64,000 nt of DNA, taken from the NCBI RefSeq assembly GCF_011745625.1, contig NW_027191509.1, forward strand, positions 1-64,000. Reading direction: 5' to 3'. Under the pieces are notes generated by a model. The model was not told where the DNA came from, did not search any database, and saw only the letters and a list, made by a program, of their open reading frames with translations. The translations under genes and the position numbers were made by a program. Shown here piece after piece: positions 1 through 12,715 of the stretch. Each line of letters opens with the position of its first letter. The first letter of the stretch is position 1. Origin of the DNA: Cladosporium halotolerans. Its lineage: Eukaryota.

Positions 1-624
1 CAGAGCGGGCCAAAGGTCTGCATACGAACGAAGACGACGTCTGCGTGAAGTACTACACGTGGAAGATGGACAGGGCCTGGTCGGGCAAGCACACACTCCG
101 TCTCTACGGAGCGCTGTCGTCCGACGAGGCGTCCATCCTGGTGCAGGCTCGGACTGAGCACTGTGGGCTGAACGCTTGTCTTTTCAGGAAGAAGCTCGCG
201 GACAGTCCGGCGTGCGAGTGCGGACGCGGCGATGAGACAGTGCTACACGTGCTGCTGCGCTGCGACAAGCACGCTGAAGCCCGCAAAGCGTTGCGGGAAG
301 CAGCAGGCGACAGGTGGGGAGACGCTTCATACTTACTCGGAGGATGGAGCGGTCGTAAGGACGCAAGGACGGGCAAGTTCGTGGACGGCCCACGCGAAAG
401 TTGGAAGCCGGATCTGAAGGTCGTCAAAGCTTCCATCCGTTTTCTTTACCAGACTGGCAGACTGTCTCGTTCTTCGGACATGAGGGTCGGGTGAGGTGTT
501 GGCTAATCTCTCGGGTCATGAGTGCAAGGCGACTTTCGTTGTAATGTTAGGTAGCGATTAGGGACGGCTCATACGGTCTCCGTGCATAGCCTGAATGAAA
601 ATCATCATCATCATCATCATCATC
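1..624 (+). mobile_element. 3' end of a non-LTR retrotransposon (Tad1/Cgt1-like fungal LINE), truncated by the window edge
   Basis: Frame is open from base 3 to the TGA at 494. It encodes the typical LINE ORF2 C-terminus: ILVQARTEHCGLN, then a CX1CX8HX4C knuckle (CECGRGDETVLHVLLRC), then YLLGG...FLYQTGRL. A ~105-nt 3' UTR ends in a short-tandem-repeat tail (ATC)8. Confidence 0.88.
601..624 (+). repeat. (ATC)8 microsatellite, probable LINE 3' tail
   Basis: Eight perfect ATC units after tgaatgaaa, 107 nt downstream of the LINE ORF stop. Confidence 0.85.
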
Positions 625-1755
625 AAAGGATGGACGCGAGGTCCAGGGGTACTTGCATGCATGCGCACCATACCATACCTTACCTTACTACTGTACGTAC
701 TACGCGGTGCCTGCAGAACGGCGGCGAGGGCGCGTGTTTCGTGTGGGTGGCACCGCGTGGGAGGATACATGGTATGTTGATATCAATGTTGCGTGCCACT
801 TGAATTGTCTCTCCGGCCATATCACCAGATTGCCGGCTCATTCGATATTGCTCGCCCGGCAGTTCAGGTCAGTGCGGACCGATTCTTTGCGGCGCTTGGG
901 CAAGGATGCCCATTGTTATTGCGAGATGCGTGGCTCGTGGGGACGAACCGTCTGGGGAAATCTCGCATCAAAGTCCTGTGCCGGGGCCAGGGCGCCCGCG
1001 GAGAGCCGCGTCGCGGTGGAGCCCTGGGTGTGGATGTGGATGCGCGGTGGTGGTGGTGATACAGACAGGCGTGGGGCGCGTGTGTCGAGGCTTAGGGTGA
1101 TGTGTGATATGCTTCCAGAGCGCGGCCGTCCCTTGCGCAGGATTGAGCAGAGTCGGTGTGCGAGGCAGGCTGTCGTCACGGGAGATCATCTGAGCACATA
1201 CTTCTGGGTGGAAGCCACGACGACGAATGTGCTGGCGAGTGTCGCTCGTGTGAGGCACCTTAGGGTCTGCTGGCGGCCGGTGTGCGCGATCTGCGCCAGG
1301 CTGGCCCTCGCTTGACTCGCAGACAGGCCCCTGATCCGGGCGAGAAACCTTTTCTGTGCGACCCTTGTAGAGAGCAGCAGGCTAACACTGCCGTGAGGAG
1401 TGGCCTTGTTTCACCTCGCTAGCAGACGCGGCTACTGCTGCTGCGCTGTCTTGTAGGAGGGTTTCGAGCGTCCTGCGCACGCCGACCTCGACTCGTCCAC
1501 CACCCACTGCCACCGCAGCAGATTCGCCTCGCCCTGCGCGCCCGCACGCCCGCACGCCTCAAACCACCGGCCCATTGACTTCACGCCGCCGGCCCGCCAA
1601 TCCCCTAGCCCGCCCGCCTAATATCGCTGGCGTCCTATGGTTCCAGGAAGGAGTAACCTCGCATCTGGCCGCCACTAGGTACCGCCTTGCCGTACCTACT
1701 ACTCGTGCACCAGCAGCGCGCGCTTGCTGTCTGCTGTCTGCTGTCTCCCGCGCCA

Positions 1756-4700
1756 ATGTCCGCCCGCCGTCCGCCTGCAGCTCTGCAGCAGCAGCAACAC
1801 CAACAACACCAACAACAGCAGCCGCAGTCGTCGCCCGGCCCTCCCCATCCTCTGCCTCCGCGGGCCAGCTCCAGGACGCTCCGCGACACCTACCATTCCC
1901 ACTCCTCCCCGCCCTCCACGCCGCGCCGAAGCGAGCGCCGTCCGCGGAAGGGCAAGGAGCCCGCCCACTCCCAGTCCGCCCGCCGCGACGTCCACACTTC
2001 TTCCGGCCGCGCCTCAGGACACCCCTCGAAGCACTCCCATGGAGAGTCCTGGTCCAGCACGACCCGAGACAGCGTCGTGGACAACCTCCTGATGTCGCTG
2101 GACGAGCTCTCCATGCAGATGAAGGGCACCTTCGACAGCGTGCGCCTCGACAGCCTGGACCAGGAGAAGGAGCGCGAGGCCGACCGGATCCGCCAGGCGC
2201 CGCTGTTCGCCGCCATGAACCGGCCCTCGCGCTCGCGCGGCCACACCTACTCGTCGTCCATGTCGTCCGACTTCGACCGGCACGCCGCGCACGACTCCCC
2301 CTCGAACAAGCTCGCCAGCCCCATGTACAAGAGCCGGCGCAGCAACAGCAGCTCGACCTTCAACACATTTCAGACGCCGAAGCAAGGTCGAGCGCTGCCT
2401 CCGACGTCGAAGTTCAACGGGCACGGACGAGGGAGGACGAGCAGCGACGTGGACTCTACGAGGACGCAATCCACACAACGGGCGGTCACCGCAACACACT
2501 ACCGGGACGAGAGCGAACACTCGATCGCCGACCTGGGCTACGACGCCGTGCTCGAGTCCAGCAGGCTGGCGTTCAACGGCAGGTCCATCAGCATGGACCA
2601 GATGTACACGGAAGCCAACAGCGGCAGGACGTCGTCGATGATGAACAGGGGAAGGCCCGTGCCTTCGCAGTACAGCAAATACGAGAACTCGTTGGACGCA
2701 GCGCCGGAGCCCACCATTGCGGCGGGTCCGCGCAAGCAGGAGAACCCCTCGGGCACGGGACCGGTGTACGTGAACGCGGCGCAGAAGAAGCAGAGCGCGC
2801 TGCGCAACAACACAACCCAGGCGGACTTGCGGTCTGCGAGCGCTACTGCGATTCCGCAGAACATCAGAGATCAGGCGAGCCAGTTCGTGCGCACCAATGG
2901 CTTGCGTGGTGAGAGCAACGCCTCTTGCGAAGGGGTGATATCCACAAGCGGCAGCCAACGACGAAAGGACGGTTCGCCGCAGCGGGAGAGGCCTGGGTTC
3001 TTCAAGCGCGTCTTTGGAAGCTCTTCGATGCGCGCTTCGGCTGCCGACTCACCACAGGTACATGAGGCCTTCGCCGCAGCCCGGAAACAGTCGAACACAG
3101 CAAAGGAGGCGGCGCAACAGCCCAACGAATCTTCCGCCAATGTCAGTCATCCACCTATCTCGTTGAACAAGAAGCCTTCTTCATTTTTCAGGAGACGGAA
3201 GCGGTCGGTTTCGGAGAACACTCCACCTCCTGCCTTGCCGCCAAACATGGCCTTGGAAAAGAAGGAACCACAATCTACACCGTCAGTTAGCAGCTTGCGT
3301 GAAGTTATGGATTCCTACCTGAGCAAGATTGATACACCGTCCAAGCTCCGTCCGCAGGAGGAGCAGCCGGCACGCTCTTCGTCCCGTGACTCGCGGATTG
3401 ACTCGCGGAACGAAGATTCAGACGATTTGGAGCTTTTCCATTCCGGCTACACACCTCCCGCGGATGCCTCACTCGGCGCCAGAAACCCGCTGTCTCGACA
3501 CGGCACTTTGCGACTTGATCCCCAGGAAAGCGAAAGCCCAGAGGCAAAGATGAAGATCAAGAAGCGCAGGCCAGACGCTGTGCCAACCGCGCACATCGCT
3601 GACTCGATCGTCGGCCGTTTGTCGCGCGAGGGCGATCAGACTTCATCCGCTGAAGTCTCCCCGATGACGGTCACCCATCCGGGCAGCTCAACGCCCGCCA
3701 AGGGCACTCACATGTCAGAGGCGCAACGGACTGGCGAAAGCCGTCCCGTGAGTCCTGTTAGCCACACAAGTACTGGCGATCGAATTATCGCGTCTGGAGT
3801 CGGCGGTGGCCCTGTGGAGCCAAATCAGGAGACGCGGGCTTTCCCCGCGGGCAATAATAGGGATTCTGATATGCATGGCCAAAGCCAACTAGCAGCAACG
3901 CACGACACCCTGCATGCATATGATCGGCCGGGGCTTAAGACAATTGAACGGCCGCACCCGCCGCACCCCGATGCGGAGGGGGAGAGGGAAAACAAGACCG
4001 CCGATGTCCCCTCCGATCCGGACTCGCCGTCGTCATCCTCACCATCCGCCTCAATGAAGTTCCCCATCTTCGGCGCGCTGCGGGCACCGGCCCCGCCCAG
4101 CATACAGACTCCCAACGGTCTGCCGATTGTCCAGCTCGACGGCAACGATGCGCCCAGACCTTCCGTTGACACGATTGGCGGCAGAGAGACGAACGGCGTC
4201 ATGGACGGCGACGACGATAACGTGAAAGAGCGGGCTCGACGCATATTTGAGGGTAACGAGGAGGATGTCACAAGAATGGATGCGGCCGCCTGGCTCGGCG
4301 AGCTCAAGCTGCTCAACAGACAGACACTGGAGGCGTACATGCAGCTGTTCGATTTCGCCGGCATGAACATTCTGTCGACTCTGCGCGCCCTCTGCGGCAA
4401 GCTTGTCCTCAGAGGCGAGACGCAGCAATTCGATCGCATCATCACTGGCCTTTCTGCTCGCTGGTGCCAGTGCAACCCGAACCACGGCTTCAAGGCGCAG
4501 GACGTCGTTCACACTATCTTCTATTCGATCATTCTTCTCAACACCGACTTGCACATGGCGGACATCGGCGAGAAGATGTCCAAAAACGCATACGTCAAGA
4601 ATACACTGCCCACAGTGCGGAGGGTCGTGGCAGACGCAGCTCCCAACGCGTTTGAAGAAGCCACCATCAAGGCGGCTGCAGGCACACAGAAGAGACCCTC

Positions 4701-6820
4701 GATCCCATGGGTGGACTCCGGAGCTTCCACGCCTGCCTCGGAGGCACCTGCTGTCCAAGAGCCTGGAACAGAGCGCACCTCATCGGAGTTCCCCCGTCCA
4801 GTCATGTCGAAACGCATTTCCATGCGCCCGGGCATGTTCCGTTCGGAATCAGACGGTCTTGCTCCTGATTCTGTGAACTCCAGCTCTTCCAACGCCATGG
4901 TCAACACTCCATGGTCAGGCTCCATGCGCGCCTGGGAGTTCGAGATCGAGACCATCCTCAAGTCGTTCTACAGCTCTATCAAGATCGAGCCACTGCCTTT
5001 GCTCGATCTTGCCGTCTCCGACGTGCGACCCACCGATCGCAACCTGTCTGTCGCTGGAACCAATGGGTTGAAGCGGACCGGCTCTGTCATCAGCAAGGCG
5101 CCCTCGGAAGCCGCGTCGTATCGATCCAAAGCAGGTCTGCGCGGCCTGGCGCTCGGCTGGCAGGGTCGCAACCCTCGGGTCAGGCAAAAGGTGTACCCGT
5201 CCAGCACGATTGGGTCTTCACGTACGAGCTTCGACGATAACAGTAGTCTGTACTCTCCGGCTCAGAGCAGCACTTGGAGTAAAAACTCGTATGCCAGGAC
5301 GCTCACGTCGACGTCTGTGGGCAGCCTGGGCTACCACCTTTCGCCGACTGATACTGCGTACAAGCATTCGATTGGTTTCGCAAACGCTCTTTCTCAGGCC
5401 ATCATTCGCGAGGAGGGTGGTACTGGAGCGGATACGGATTCTGTCACGCTCAAGCAAGATCTCCTAGAGGACGAGTCTCTTACATTGGAGGGCGCTCCGT
5501 GGGCGAAGGAGGGCATGGTCAAGCACAAGCATCACCTGGAGGGTCCAGAGCGCAAGAGTAAGGATCGGCACTGGAGTGATGTCTTCGCTGTCATCAGCAA
5601 GGGCAAACTCACGCTCTTCAACTTCAACACTGGCACCAGCAAGACTTACTCCCTAGGCCGCGCTCGTCTCCAGAAACACGCCGGCAGCCGCGCAGCCAGC
5701 ATCGCCAGCTCCCGCGTCGGAGGCGGCGACTGGACCGAGAACGCCGAGCAGGTCGACTCCTTCGCCCTCCGCCAGACCATCGCCTCCGTCCTGCCCAAAC
5801 CCGGCTACAGCAAAGCCCGCCCGCACGTCTGGGCCCTCAGCCTGCCCTCCGGCGCCGTCCACCTCTTCCAAGTCGGCACGCCCGAGATCGCCGACGAGTG
5901 GATGAGCACCGCAAACTACTGGTCCGCGCGCCTCAGCAAAGAGCCCCTCTCTGGCGGCGTCTCGAACATCGAATACGGCTGGTCCGACGCCGTCGTCAAC
6001 ACCGCCGCCCTCGAGCGCACGCCCTCCAACACCAGCGCCGCCACCACGCAGGCCGCCGCGCCCCCTCCCTCCATCCGCAACCGCTCCCGTGGCCACACCC
6101 ACACCTCCTCCACCGGCGGCCGCCCCAGCATCCAGTCCTCCGTCCGCAGCAGCTTCGACAACATGGGCGGCTCCGGCGGCGCCAACCGCACGCGCCTGCC
6201 CGGCGACAAAATCACCATCACCGACTGGCAGCCGCCCTCCCAGAGCATGATGGCCAGCCAGCTGATGGAAGTCGACCAGCTCAAGAGCCTGCTCGCCTAC
6301 GTCGACAGCGTCACGGCCGAGCTGGAGAGGCACAACGAGCTGAAGAGCGGGATCGAACTCGCCGTAAGTGCACCCCCTCCAAATCAAGAACAGAAAAGAA
6401 TGTGAAGCTAATGTGTCCGCGTGACAACGACAGTACTCCTCCCGCGCCTCCAACTACTTCCGCGCGATGTCCAACTGGCAGCGCAAGTCCGACTACCTGC
6501 TGCGCGAGATCGTCAAGTTCCGCACCTACGCCGAGTCCCTGCAGGCCGCCGCGCTGGCGAGGGAGAAGGTGCTGGCCCGCAGGGCCGAGAGGGAGGCCGA
6601 GCTGGCGGTCATTCGCGCCAGGGCGGCGGCCGAGCAGGCGCCGGTGGTTGTGGAGGAGGTCGAGCGCCTGCCGCTCCCGGATGAGGATCTGGATGGGGAG
6701 GGAGAGGATGAGTTCGAGGACGCGATGGAGGGCAGGGAGAGGGAGAGGGATGTTACGCCGAGGGGGAGCGAGGTGCCGCCTGCTGCTGCTGTGGCTGCTG
6801 CGGCGGTGTCGGCTGCTTGA
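1756..6820 (+). CDS. Sec7-domain + PH-domain Arf guanine-nucleotide exchange factor (Syt1/Yel1/EFA6-like), ~1664 aa; exons 1756-6363, 6434-6820
   Basis: Sec7 motifs (FDFAGMNILSTLRALCGKLVLRGETQQFDRII, SIILLNTDLH) and PH domain (KEGMVKHKHHL...WSDVFAVI...EWMSTANYWSARLS). Intron 6364-6433 (GTAAGT...GCTAAT...CAG) joins in frame to the 6467-6820 ORF. Confidence 0.9.
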
Positions 6821-7791
6821 GCGCGAGCTGGAGGCTCTTTCTTTTCATGGTGCTGGTGCTCGTGTACGACTACGATGGGCGACCTTCGATTCTCACGACC
6901 TGGAGCGGAGCAGAGCACGGCTGGACGTCTTCTATCTACACTTCCTAGACTCCGCGGTGCCAGCCAGGCTTGGATCTATCTAATGGGCGGAGCTGGTGAC
7001 TGACGACTTTTTCTCCTCACTCACGCACGACGCGGCCTTCAGTAGGCTTTTCCTTGGTTATGGAGAGGGAACGGGATGGGTGGGAGATTCTTTTTTTTTT
7101 TCTTTCTTTCTTACAGACATGTGTGATTTAGATACCCGGATTCTTCATTTAGTTTGTTGGCTTATTAGAGTTGTTGGCAATGAGAGGAAATTCATTGGTA
7201 TGCCTTGATGAGACGATCTCAATCAACGCCGCGGCTGAAGACATTCCAGGCGCGAAAGATCCGCGCAGATGAGAGTAGCATTGCTTTGCAGCTTTCCTGC
7301 CCCCACCATAAGGTAGCAAGGCAGAGGACGGTCCTCGAATGCACGTTATTTTAGCCGTATAATAATATCAACCGCGCTCCCTCACCAACCCACCCACCAA
7401 AATCTCAAATACCTACCAGACCGCCACCATCTGTGGCGCAGCCCCGCGCACCGCCTCACAGCAGAACAAGCTTCGGCGAACAAGCTTCGGAGCCGCCGCG
7501 TCGATCCATTCCATCCAGCAAGGCTGGATCTGGGCCCGCAGCGGTTGGGCTGGCTGCCCGCCTTACGAACGATCAGCTGAGAGAACCGTGGCGCGGGGGC
7601 TGGCTGCTTCGGTCTGTCAAAAGAGCAGCCGGAGCCGGGTCTTCTTTGTTTTCTTTGTGTGCTCATCCATCCGGCTTTTGCGACTTCGTCTCCTCTGCCT
7701 TCGCGCATCACTGCCAGCAGGCTACGCTAGACCTCTACCCCGGCGCGAACCCTGCGACACACCACAGTCAAGCAAGACAAGACAAGACAAG

Positions 7792-8141
7792 ATGAACAAC
7801 AACAACCGCGGCAACGAGGACTACCTCGACAAAGCGCTCGACAAGGTCGAGCAGATGGCCGGGCGGAAGGTGCGTTCGCATCCCCCATCCCCGATCGCGA
7901 CGCGACTCTCGCGCAGTCCAATGGAGCTGATCTGATGCGCGAACTACAGGCCGGCAAGAACATCGACCCGCAGAAGTACCGCAAGCAGAACGAGAAGGTC
8001 ACGGACAAGATCCGGCAGATGATCGAGAAGTTTACGGGGAAGAAGGTGAGTTTTTTGCGCTCGCGCGCGAGGCAGCATTGTGAGGGGGTTCAGGGTGCTG
8101 ACGGCGTGGTTGTCTAGATGCCGTCGAAGTTCTCGAACTGA
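7792..8141 (+). CDS. Small conserved-type fungal protein, 65 aa, 3 exons (7792-7869, 7950-8045, 8118-8141)
   Basis: Spliced product MNNNNRGNEDYLDKALDKVEQMAGRKAGKNIDPQKYRKQNEKVTDKIRQMIEKFTGKKMPSKFSN. Two phase-0 GT-AG introns with branch sites. Resembles the uncharacterised fungal EDYLDK...NEKITD...KFSN microproteins. Confidence 0.82.
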
Positions 8142-8404
8142 TGCGCCCGTGGCGACTATGGAAGGTTGAGGGGATTTATGCGGGGGGATCTTAGATCGGG
8201 ATGTAATGGGACTGCTTGAGGGCCGCTTGGGATGGGAGGGAGGTGTGGCGTCTGCTTGCGCTGTGTTTTTGAGATACCATGGAACGATTGCGGCTGGACA
8301 TTTACTGATTATTACTGTTTTTCGTCGTCTGATGTTTCAGCTAAGACGATTTGTTTCCCTCCTCATCTACCCTACAAGCCAATGAGACCGCACACCACAT
8401 CCCC

Positions 8405-9107
8405 TCACATCACTCCCTCCAACCCAAGCCTCTCCTTCGTCTCCGCAGCCCTCTCCTTATCAGCAATAAACTCCTCGATCGTCCGCCACATCTCCGCGCG
8501 AATACTACGCCTCGCGCCCGCCGCCTTCTGCCACTTCGCAAGCTCAGCATTAACCCTCGCGCGCTCCTCAGCAGAAACAGGCTTGACGTTCCCAGCCCTC
8601 AGCTTCGCAAGCGGCTCGCCCAATGCCTCTTTCTCGCTCTCCAGCGCCGCAACAGCACCCTTCAGCTCCGACACCGGCGTCACCTCAGCGCACTCGCGCA
8701 GCTGCGCGCGCAACTCCTTCTCCGCCACCTTCAGCGCCGCCGTCGCGTCCTTCAAGCGCGCCGTCTCAGCGTCCATAGCCTGCAGCGCTTCGAGAGAGGA
8801 CTCGTCGGCTTCGTCCTAGACGACATCCCTCAGCACAGGCCACGCATCCGAGCTGCAAGCAACATCATACCTGAACAGCATGATAAACAATCTGCTTCCC
8901 CGACGCGCGGGCCTCGAGCTCGCCGCGCTCGTGCAGGTCTTTGAGCAACTTGGCCGCGGCGGCTTTGGTGACGCGGTTCTTGAGGTTGGCGCTGATGTCC
9001 GTCGTGCTGTAGGGGCGGTTTTGCTTGCGGAGGTAGGCGAGGAGGAGGTCGGCGGATTGCGTGGGCGTGAGCTTGGGGTCTTGGGAGGCGGGTTTGGTTG
9101 GGGCCAT
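8405..9107 (-). CDS. HOP2: Homologous-pairing protein Hop2/TBPIP (Meu13), ~215 aa; intron 8816-8870
   Basis: Winged-helix signature LAYLRKQNRPYSTTDISANL...GKQIVYHAVQ, followed by a coiled coil ending KERLGLE. GTATGA...CTAG intron restores the frame. Confidence 0.9.
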
Positions 9108-9336
9108 GGTTGTGGGTGGGAAGGGGAGTGGTAGGTTGATGGCAAGGAGGGCGACGGTTGTTCCTGAGAAGAGTGAGATGGAGAGGTGAGGTCTGGCGGG
9201 AGCTCCCGGTGTCGAGCAGGAGGAAGGCGCGAGTGTTACGACGCGCCCGCCTCGTTGGCTTTCCAATTATATCGGTGCTGTTTGTTTATTCGAAAATGCG
9301 ATCGCGCGACATATGCAAGACAAATGCTGTCGGCCC

Positions 9337-10224
9337 CTAAGGCCCCAATCTTTGCGTGCTGCCGACCGGCCCAATAGCGATTCCGTTCGCAGCCCCGAGC
9401 GTGCCCCTGCCCGGCCCAACACCTGAGTTGTTCGCGCCCGTGCTCGGGAGCACGCCGTAACGCCCGTACGTCTTCTGGTCCACGCTGACATAGTGTGGCA
9501 GCCTGCCCAGCAGGTTAAGCTTGCCCTCGACCCAGCGCAGGATCTTCTCGCTCGGCGCCAGGAACTTGATGATGCCCAGGCCCCACAGGTATCCCACCAC
9601 CGCGCCGCAGAGGTGTCCGAGCAGGCTCGTGTGCGGGATCAGGAAGTGGATGACGAAGATGACGAACAGCGGCGTGGTCCAGGTCGGGATCGCGTAGCCG
9701 CTGATATTGAGCGCCGGGTTTTGGCGGTAGGTCTTGATCGCTTCGACGCAGAGCAGCAGGAAGACCCACACGCTTGCGCCGATGGCTGCCGAGTTGCTGC
9801 GGAAGATGTAGCGCTCGAGCAGTGTGTAGAGACCTCCGGGGAGGAGGCCGAAGGGCCCGGTGAAGAGGAGGAGGGTCACGATGGTGCCGTTCTCAGCTTC
9901 GAAGCGCTCCAGCAGCGGGACGAGCGCGATGGCGTTGAGCAGGAAGTGGAAGACATTCTTGTGCAGAAGAGGGTAGGTGTTCAAGCGGTAGACTAGACCA
10001 TCGAAGTCAGTATTGCGCCAAAAGGAAAGGTTCGCACCAGACTTACGAGTGTTGATGTTGATCTCCTGAGGGATCAGCGCTCCCCATTGCTCCAAACCCG
10101 GACGGAAAGCATGTGCGACCCAGAATGCCGTCAGCAGCGCCAGTAAGACTCTTGTCGCAAGAGGAAGCTTGGTAAAGAAGCTCCTTATGCGCCGAGCATC
10201 TGGGAGCGGGAGGGAGAAGGCCAT
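9337..10224 (-). CDS. RBD2: Rhomboid protease Rbd2, ~277 aa; in-frame intron 9993-10046
   Basis: YRLNTYPLLH...HFLLN, catalytic GASVWVF and SLLGHLCG motifs, and several TM segments. 54-nt GTAAGT...CTGAC...TAG intron. Confidence 0.88.
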   Translation of the reverse strand: MAFSLPLPDARRIRSFFTKLPLATRVLLALLTAFWVAHAFRPGLEQWGALIPQEININTRKSGANLSFWRNTDFDGLVYRLNTYPLLHKNVFHFLLNAIALVPLLERFEAENGTIVTLLLFTGPFGLLPGGLYTLLERYIFRSNSAAIGASVWVFLLLCVEAIKTYRQNPALNISGYAIPTWTTPLFVIFVIHFLIPHTSLLGHLCGAVVGYLWGLGIIKFLAPSEKILRWVEGKLNLLGRLPHYVSVDQKTYGRYGVLPSTGANNSGVGPGRGTLGAANGIAIGPVGSTQRLGP

Positions 10225-10582
10225 CGGCTCGCTCTGCTGTGTGGGCGGGCAGAGGGTGGTCACGGGCAGGCGAAGCGTCGCCTTATAGAGGCTGCAAGGC
10301 ACAACAGAGACGGCGGGCGGGCAGGGGTGTCTCTCGGGTGTCGCGCGACGTGCATGGACCTGTCGGGCGCTCTCAGGAGATTCTCGAGACCGAAATGCGG
10401 GATTGACGGCGGCAGCGACAGCTCACATGCAGGGACCGCGCAGCCGGCGTGGAGACAGCAACGGCGTCGTGGGATTGCTGGCCTCAAGACGGACTTCGGC
10501 TGTTCAGAAGGCATGGCAGATGTTTTACAGTGACATACTGTAGCTACGGAACATATTCCCGCCGAGGGGCACGTTCAGAATC

Positions 10583-12571
10583 ATGGGGTTGTGTGAGTTG
10601 CACGTCTCTTGAATGCTGCCACGGATAACTGACTGACCATCTAGCCAACAGCTGCCCGCCTCCTCACTCTTCGGCGTTCTCCAGTCCTATTGAAGCTCCC
10701 GCCCTACCTTTCTGCAGCCTGCATTGTAGTAGGTGTGGTATGGCTTCTACTGCTCCCTCTCAACGAGTACTCAAGACAAACATACGTGTCTGAGAATGCG
10801 ATTCTCCCTGGACAAGTGCACACCTACTTCGGAGGAAGCGAACATAATGTATTCCGCGCATTTCGACAAGAGGCGTACGATCAGAAAGATGCTTCGGAGG
10901 GACACAGAAATGCTGTGTTGGGTAGAATCATGCGCGAAAGCGGGTTGAAGGTTGCCGAGCAGCCATACAGCTACTACGCTGCTGGGGAGGAGATCGCCGG
11001 TACAAACGTGTATGGCATCCTCCAGGGCCCAAGAGCAGACGCTACGGAGGCTATGATCATTATGGCGGGATGGAAGAACTTCGAAGGCTTGGTTAACTAC
11101 TCTGGTGTGGCTTTGGTGTTGACGTTGGCTCGCTACTTCAGTCGCTGGAGCATCTGGAGCAAGGATATCATCGTCATCATCTCGCCAGAGAGCACATACG
11201 GCCCGATAGCATGGGTGGATGCTTATCACAGCACCTCCCCAATTGTGACGGCGACTCAGAACATCAGTGCACTGCCAATCAAATCTGGCGCATTGCAGGC
11301 GGCGGTTGCAATTGACTACCCAGTGGGCCCCTGGGGTCACCGATTCGATAAGATCGATATCCAATACGATGGACTCAACGGCGCGCTACCGAACCTCGAC
11401 TTGCTCAACACGGCCGTCTCGGTAGCCTCAGGTCAGATGAACATTGGATGCAGTCTCCACGGCATCTCTGGACACAAAGACAGCTACAACGACCGCCTCC
11501 GAACAATCGCCGCTGGCCTCGCAACCCAGTCTCTAGGCCACGCAACCGGCCCTCATTCAGCCTTCATGCCTTACCACATCGACGCCATCACTTTAAAAAC
11601 AGTCGGCGACGGCTGGCACGACGAAATGAGTCTTGGCCGCGTGACGGAAAGCCTGATCCGCTCCGTCAACAACCTCCTCGAGCACCTGCACCAAAGCTTC
11701 TTCTTCTACATCCTGCTGAACGCCAACCGCTTCGTCAGCATCGGCAACTACCTCCCCGCCGCCATGCTGATCGCCGGCAGCTTCACGATTTCCGCGCTCG
11801 CGCTCTGGGTGCAAAGCGGCCGCGCGCCTCTCCCCGAAAAAACGCCCGCGCAGCCCACAGACGAGAAAGCCAGCGCCCTCCCTCCAATGGAACTCGTCAA
11901 AGCCGGCCCGGACGCCGCCCTCGTGCCCAAACCCGCCCTGCAGTCCGTCGACCGCCACCTCTTCCTCCCAGCCCTGACGCTCCTCTCCATCCACCTCGCA
12001 AGCTTCATCCCGCTATACCTCCTCACGCACCTCCCCAGATCCGTAAGTCCCCCATCGCTGCCTCCCCCATAACCAACCCCGACCAAAGCTAACAAACCCC
12101 CAGTTCCTCCCGCCAACCCTCCACGCCCTAACAGCCCTCTCCCTCCTCCTGCCCCCGACCCTCTCCCACCTCCTCCCCGCCAACACCCGCGACCTCCAAA
12201 CCCTGCAATCCCTCTCCCTCCTCCTCCTCTCCGCAACCCTCTCCACCCTCGCCACGCTCAACTTCAGCCTCGCCTTCCTCGCCGGCCTCCTGGCCTCGCC
12301 GCTCGCGTTCGTGCGCCCTTGCCGTTCCCTTCCTGCTGCGGTGCTGAGCTATGCGGTGCTCGCGGCGCTGTCGCCGATGAGCGTGACGTATGGTTTCGCG
12401 GCGTGGTATTGGGGAAGGGGGATGGGGTTGGAGGGGGTTCTGGCGGAGTTTGCGAGGGGGTGGGAAGCGCAGGGGGTTTGGACCATGGGCGTTGTGTGGT
12501 GCGTTTGGTGGCCGGCTTGGGTTGGGGGTGGGGTGGGGGTTTGGGGGGGTGTTTTTGGGAAGCGAACGTGA
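10583..12571 (+). CDS. GAA1: GPI transamidase subunit Gaa1, ~622 aa; exons 10583-10592, 10652-12042, 12104-12571
   Basis: TYVSENAILPGQV, PRADATEA, NGALPNLDLLN, RSVNNLLEHLHQSFFFY, FVSIGNYLP and LSTLATLNFSLAF motifs. Two GT-AG introns; the first exon is less certain. Confidence 0.92.
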
Positions 12572-12715
12572 GATGATGTGGTTGGAGGAGACGAGGGGGT
12601 GCTTGGAAGGAACAGGGGGCGTTGGGGGTTGAGATAGATGGCATGAGTGCATTTGCAAGACTCCAGTAGATGAGAAGACAAGAATTCCCAATTTCATTCT
12701 TCCCACTCAATCTCT

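Noticed and set aside
558..803. Poly-His / poly-Ile / poly-Met ORFs
   Set aside because: Translation artefacts of the (ATC)8 LINE tail.
653..1315. 220-aa + ORF between the LINE and the Sec7 gene
   Set aside because: No domain features; starts in simple repeats. Likely spurious.
1575..2958. Long overlapping ORFs (445 aa +, 314 aa -) inside the Sec7 gene, and similar ones inside HPC2, MRP4, BSD2 and BTB
   Set aside because: Shadow frames expected from high GC3. They are Arg/Pro/Ala-rich with no motifs.
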